Of a stretch of 64,000 nt of DNA, positions 63,999 to 64,000 are shown in pieces. The notes under the pieces are model-generated. The model ran no database searches. It was not told where the DNA came from and saw only the letters and a list, made by a program, of their open reading frames with translations. The stretch lies in the NCBI GenBank assembly GCA_037133055.1, contig JBAXOY010000001.1, positions 35,660 to 99,659 of the forward strand, given 5' to 3'. Source of the DNA: Chlamydiota bacterium. GTDB lineage: Bacteria > Auribacterota > Tritonobacteria > UBA1439. The position numbers and the translations under genes were made by a program. Within the stretch, counting starts at the first letter, position 1; every line of letters starts with the position of its first letter.

Positions 63999-64000
63999 GG

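Overview
This is a high-GC bacterial chromosomal window. It is diderm (TolC, AsmA, RND, ExeA/B genes) and probably PVC-superphylum-like; that is an inference from DUF1571/DUF1573 proteins, EF-P with a PGNWR loop, and an rpsP-khpA-trmD-rplS operon without rimM. Housekeeping genes include proS, trpD, polX, fba, malic enzyme, suhB, efp, nfi, ddl, yraN, rplS, trmD, khpA and rpsP. Transport genes include a TolC/MFP operon led by an AbrB-family gene, an AGCS symporter, a nucleoside-type ABC importer, a CNNM pair and TolC+RND. Two lower-GC accessory patches lie at about 13.3-18.4 kb and 37.8-41.8 kb. Highlights: (1) an enzyme-less microcompartment shell locus (1 BMC-H + 3 BMC-P) divergent from a nucleoside ABC importer and studded with oriented TTTGGGA heptamer arrays, one forming a G-quadruplex motif just before the pentamer RBS; (2) a gamma-glutamylcyclotransferase fused to a putative COOH-NH2 ligase; (3) an exported BKACE-like pseudoenzyme; (4) an orphan integron attC site in front of ogt-hicA-hicB-alkD; (5) a three-copy MITE family; (6) a nested inverted 9-mer array at the right edge; (7) many apparently leaderless genes. 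No rRNA, tRNA, CRISPR array, transposase or integrase was recognised. All family calls come from motif recognition by eye, not from database searches.
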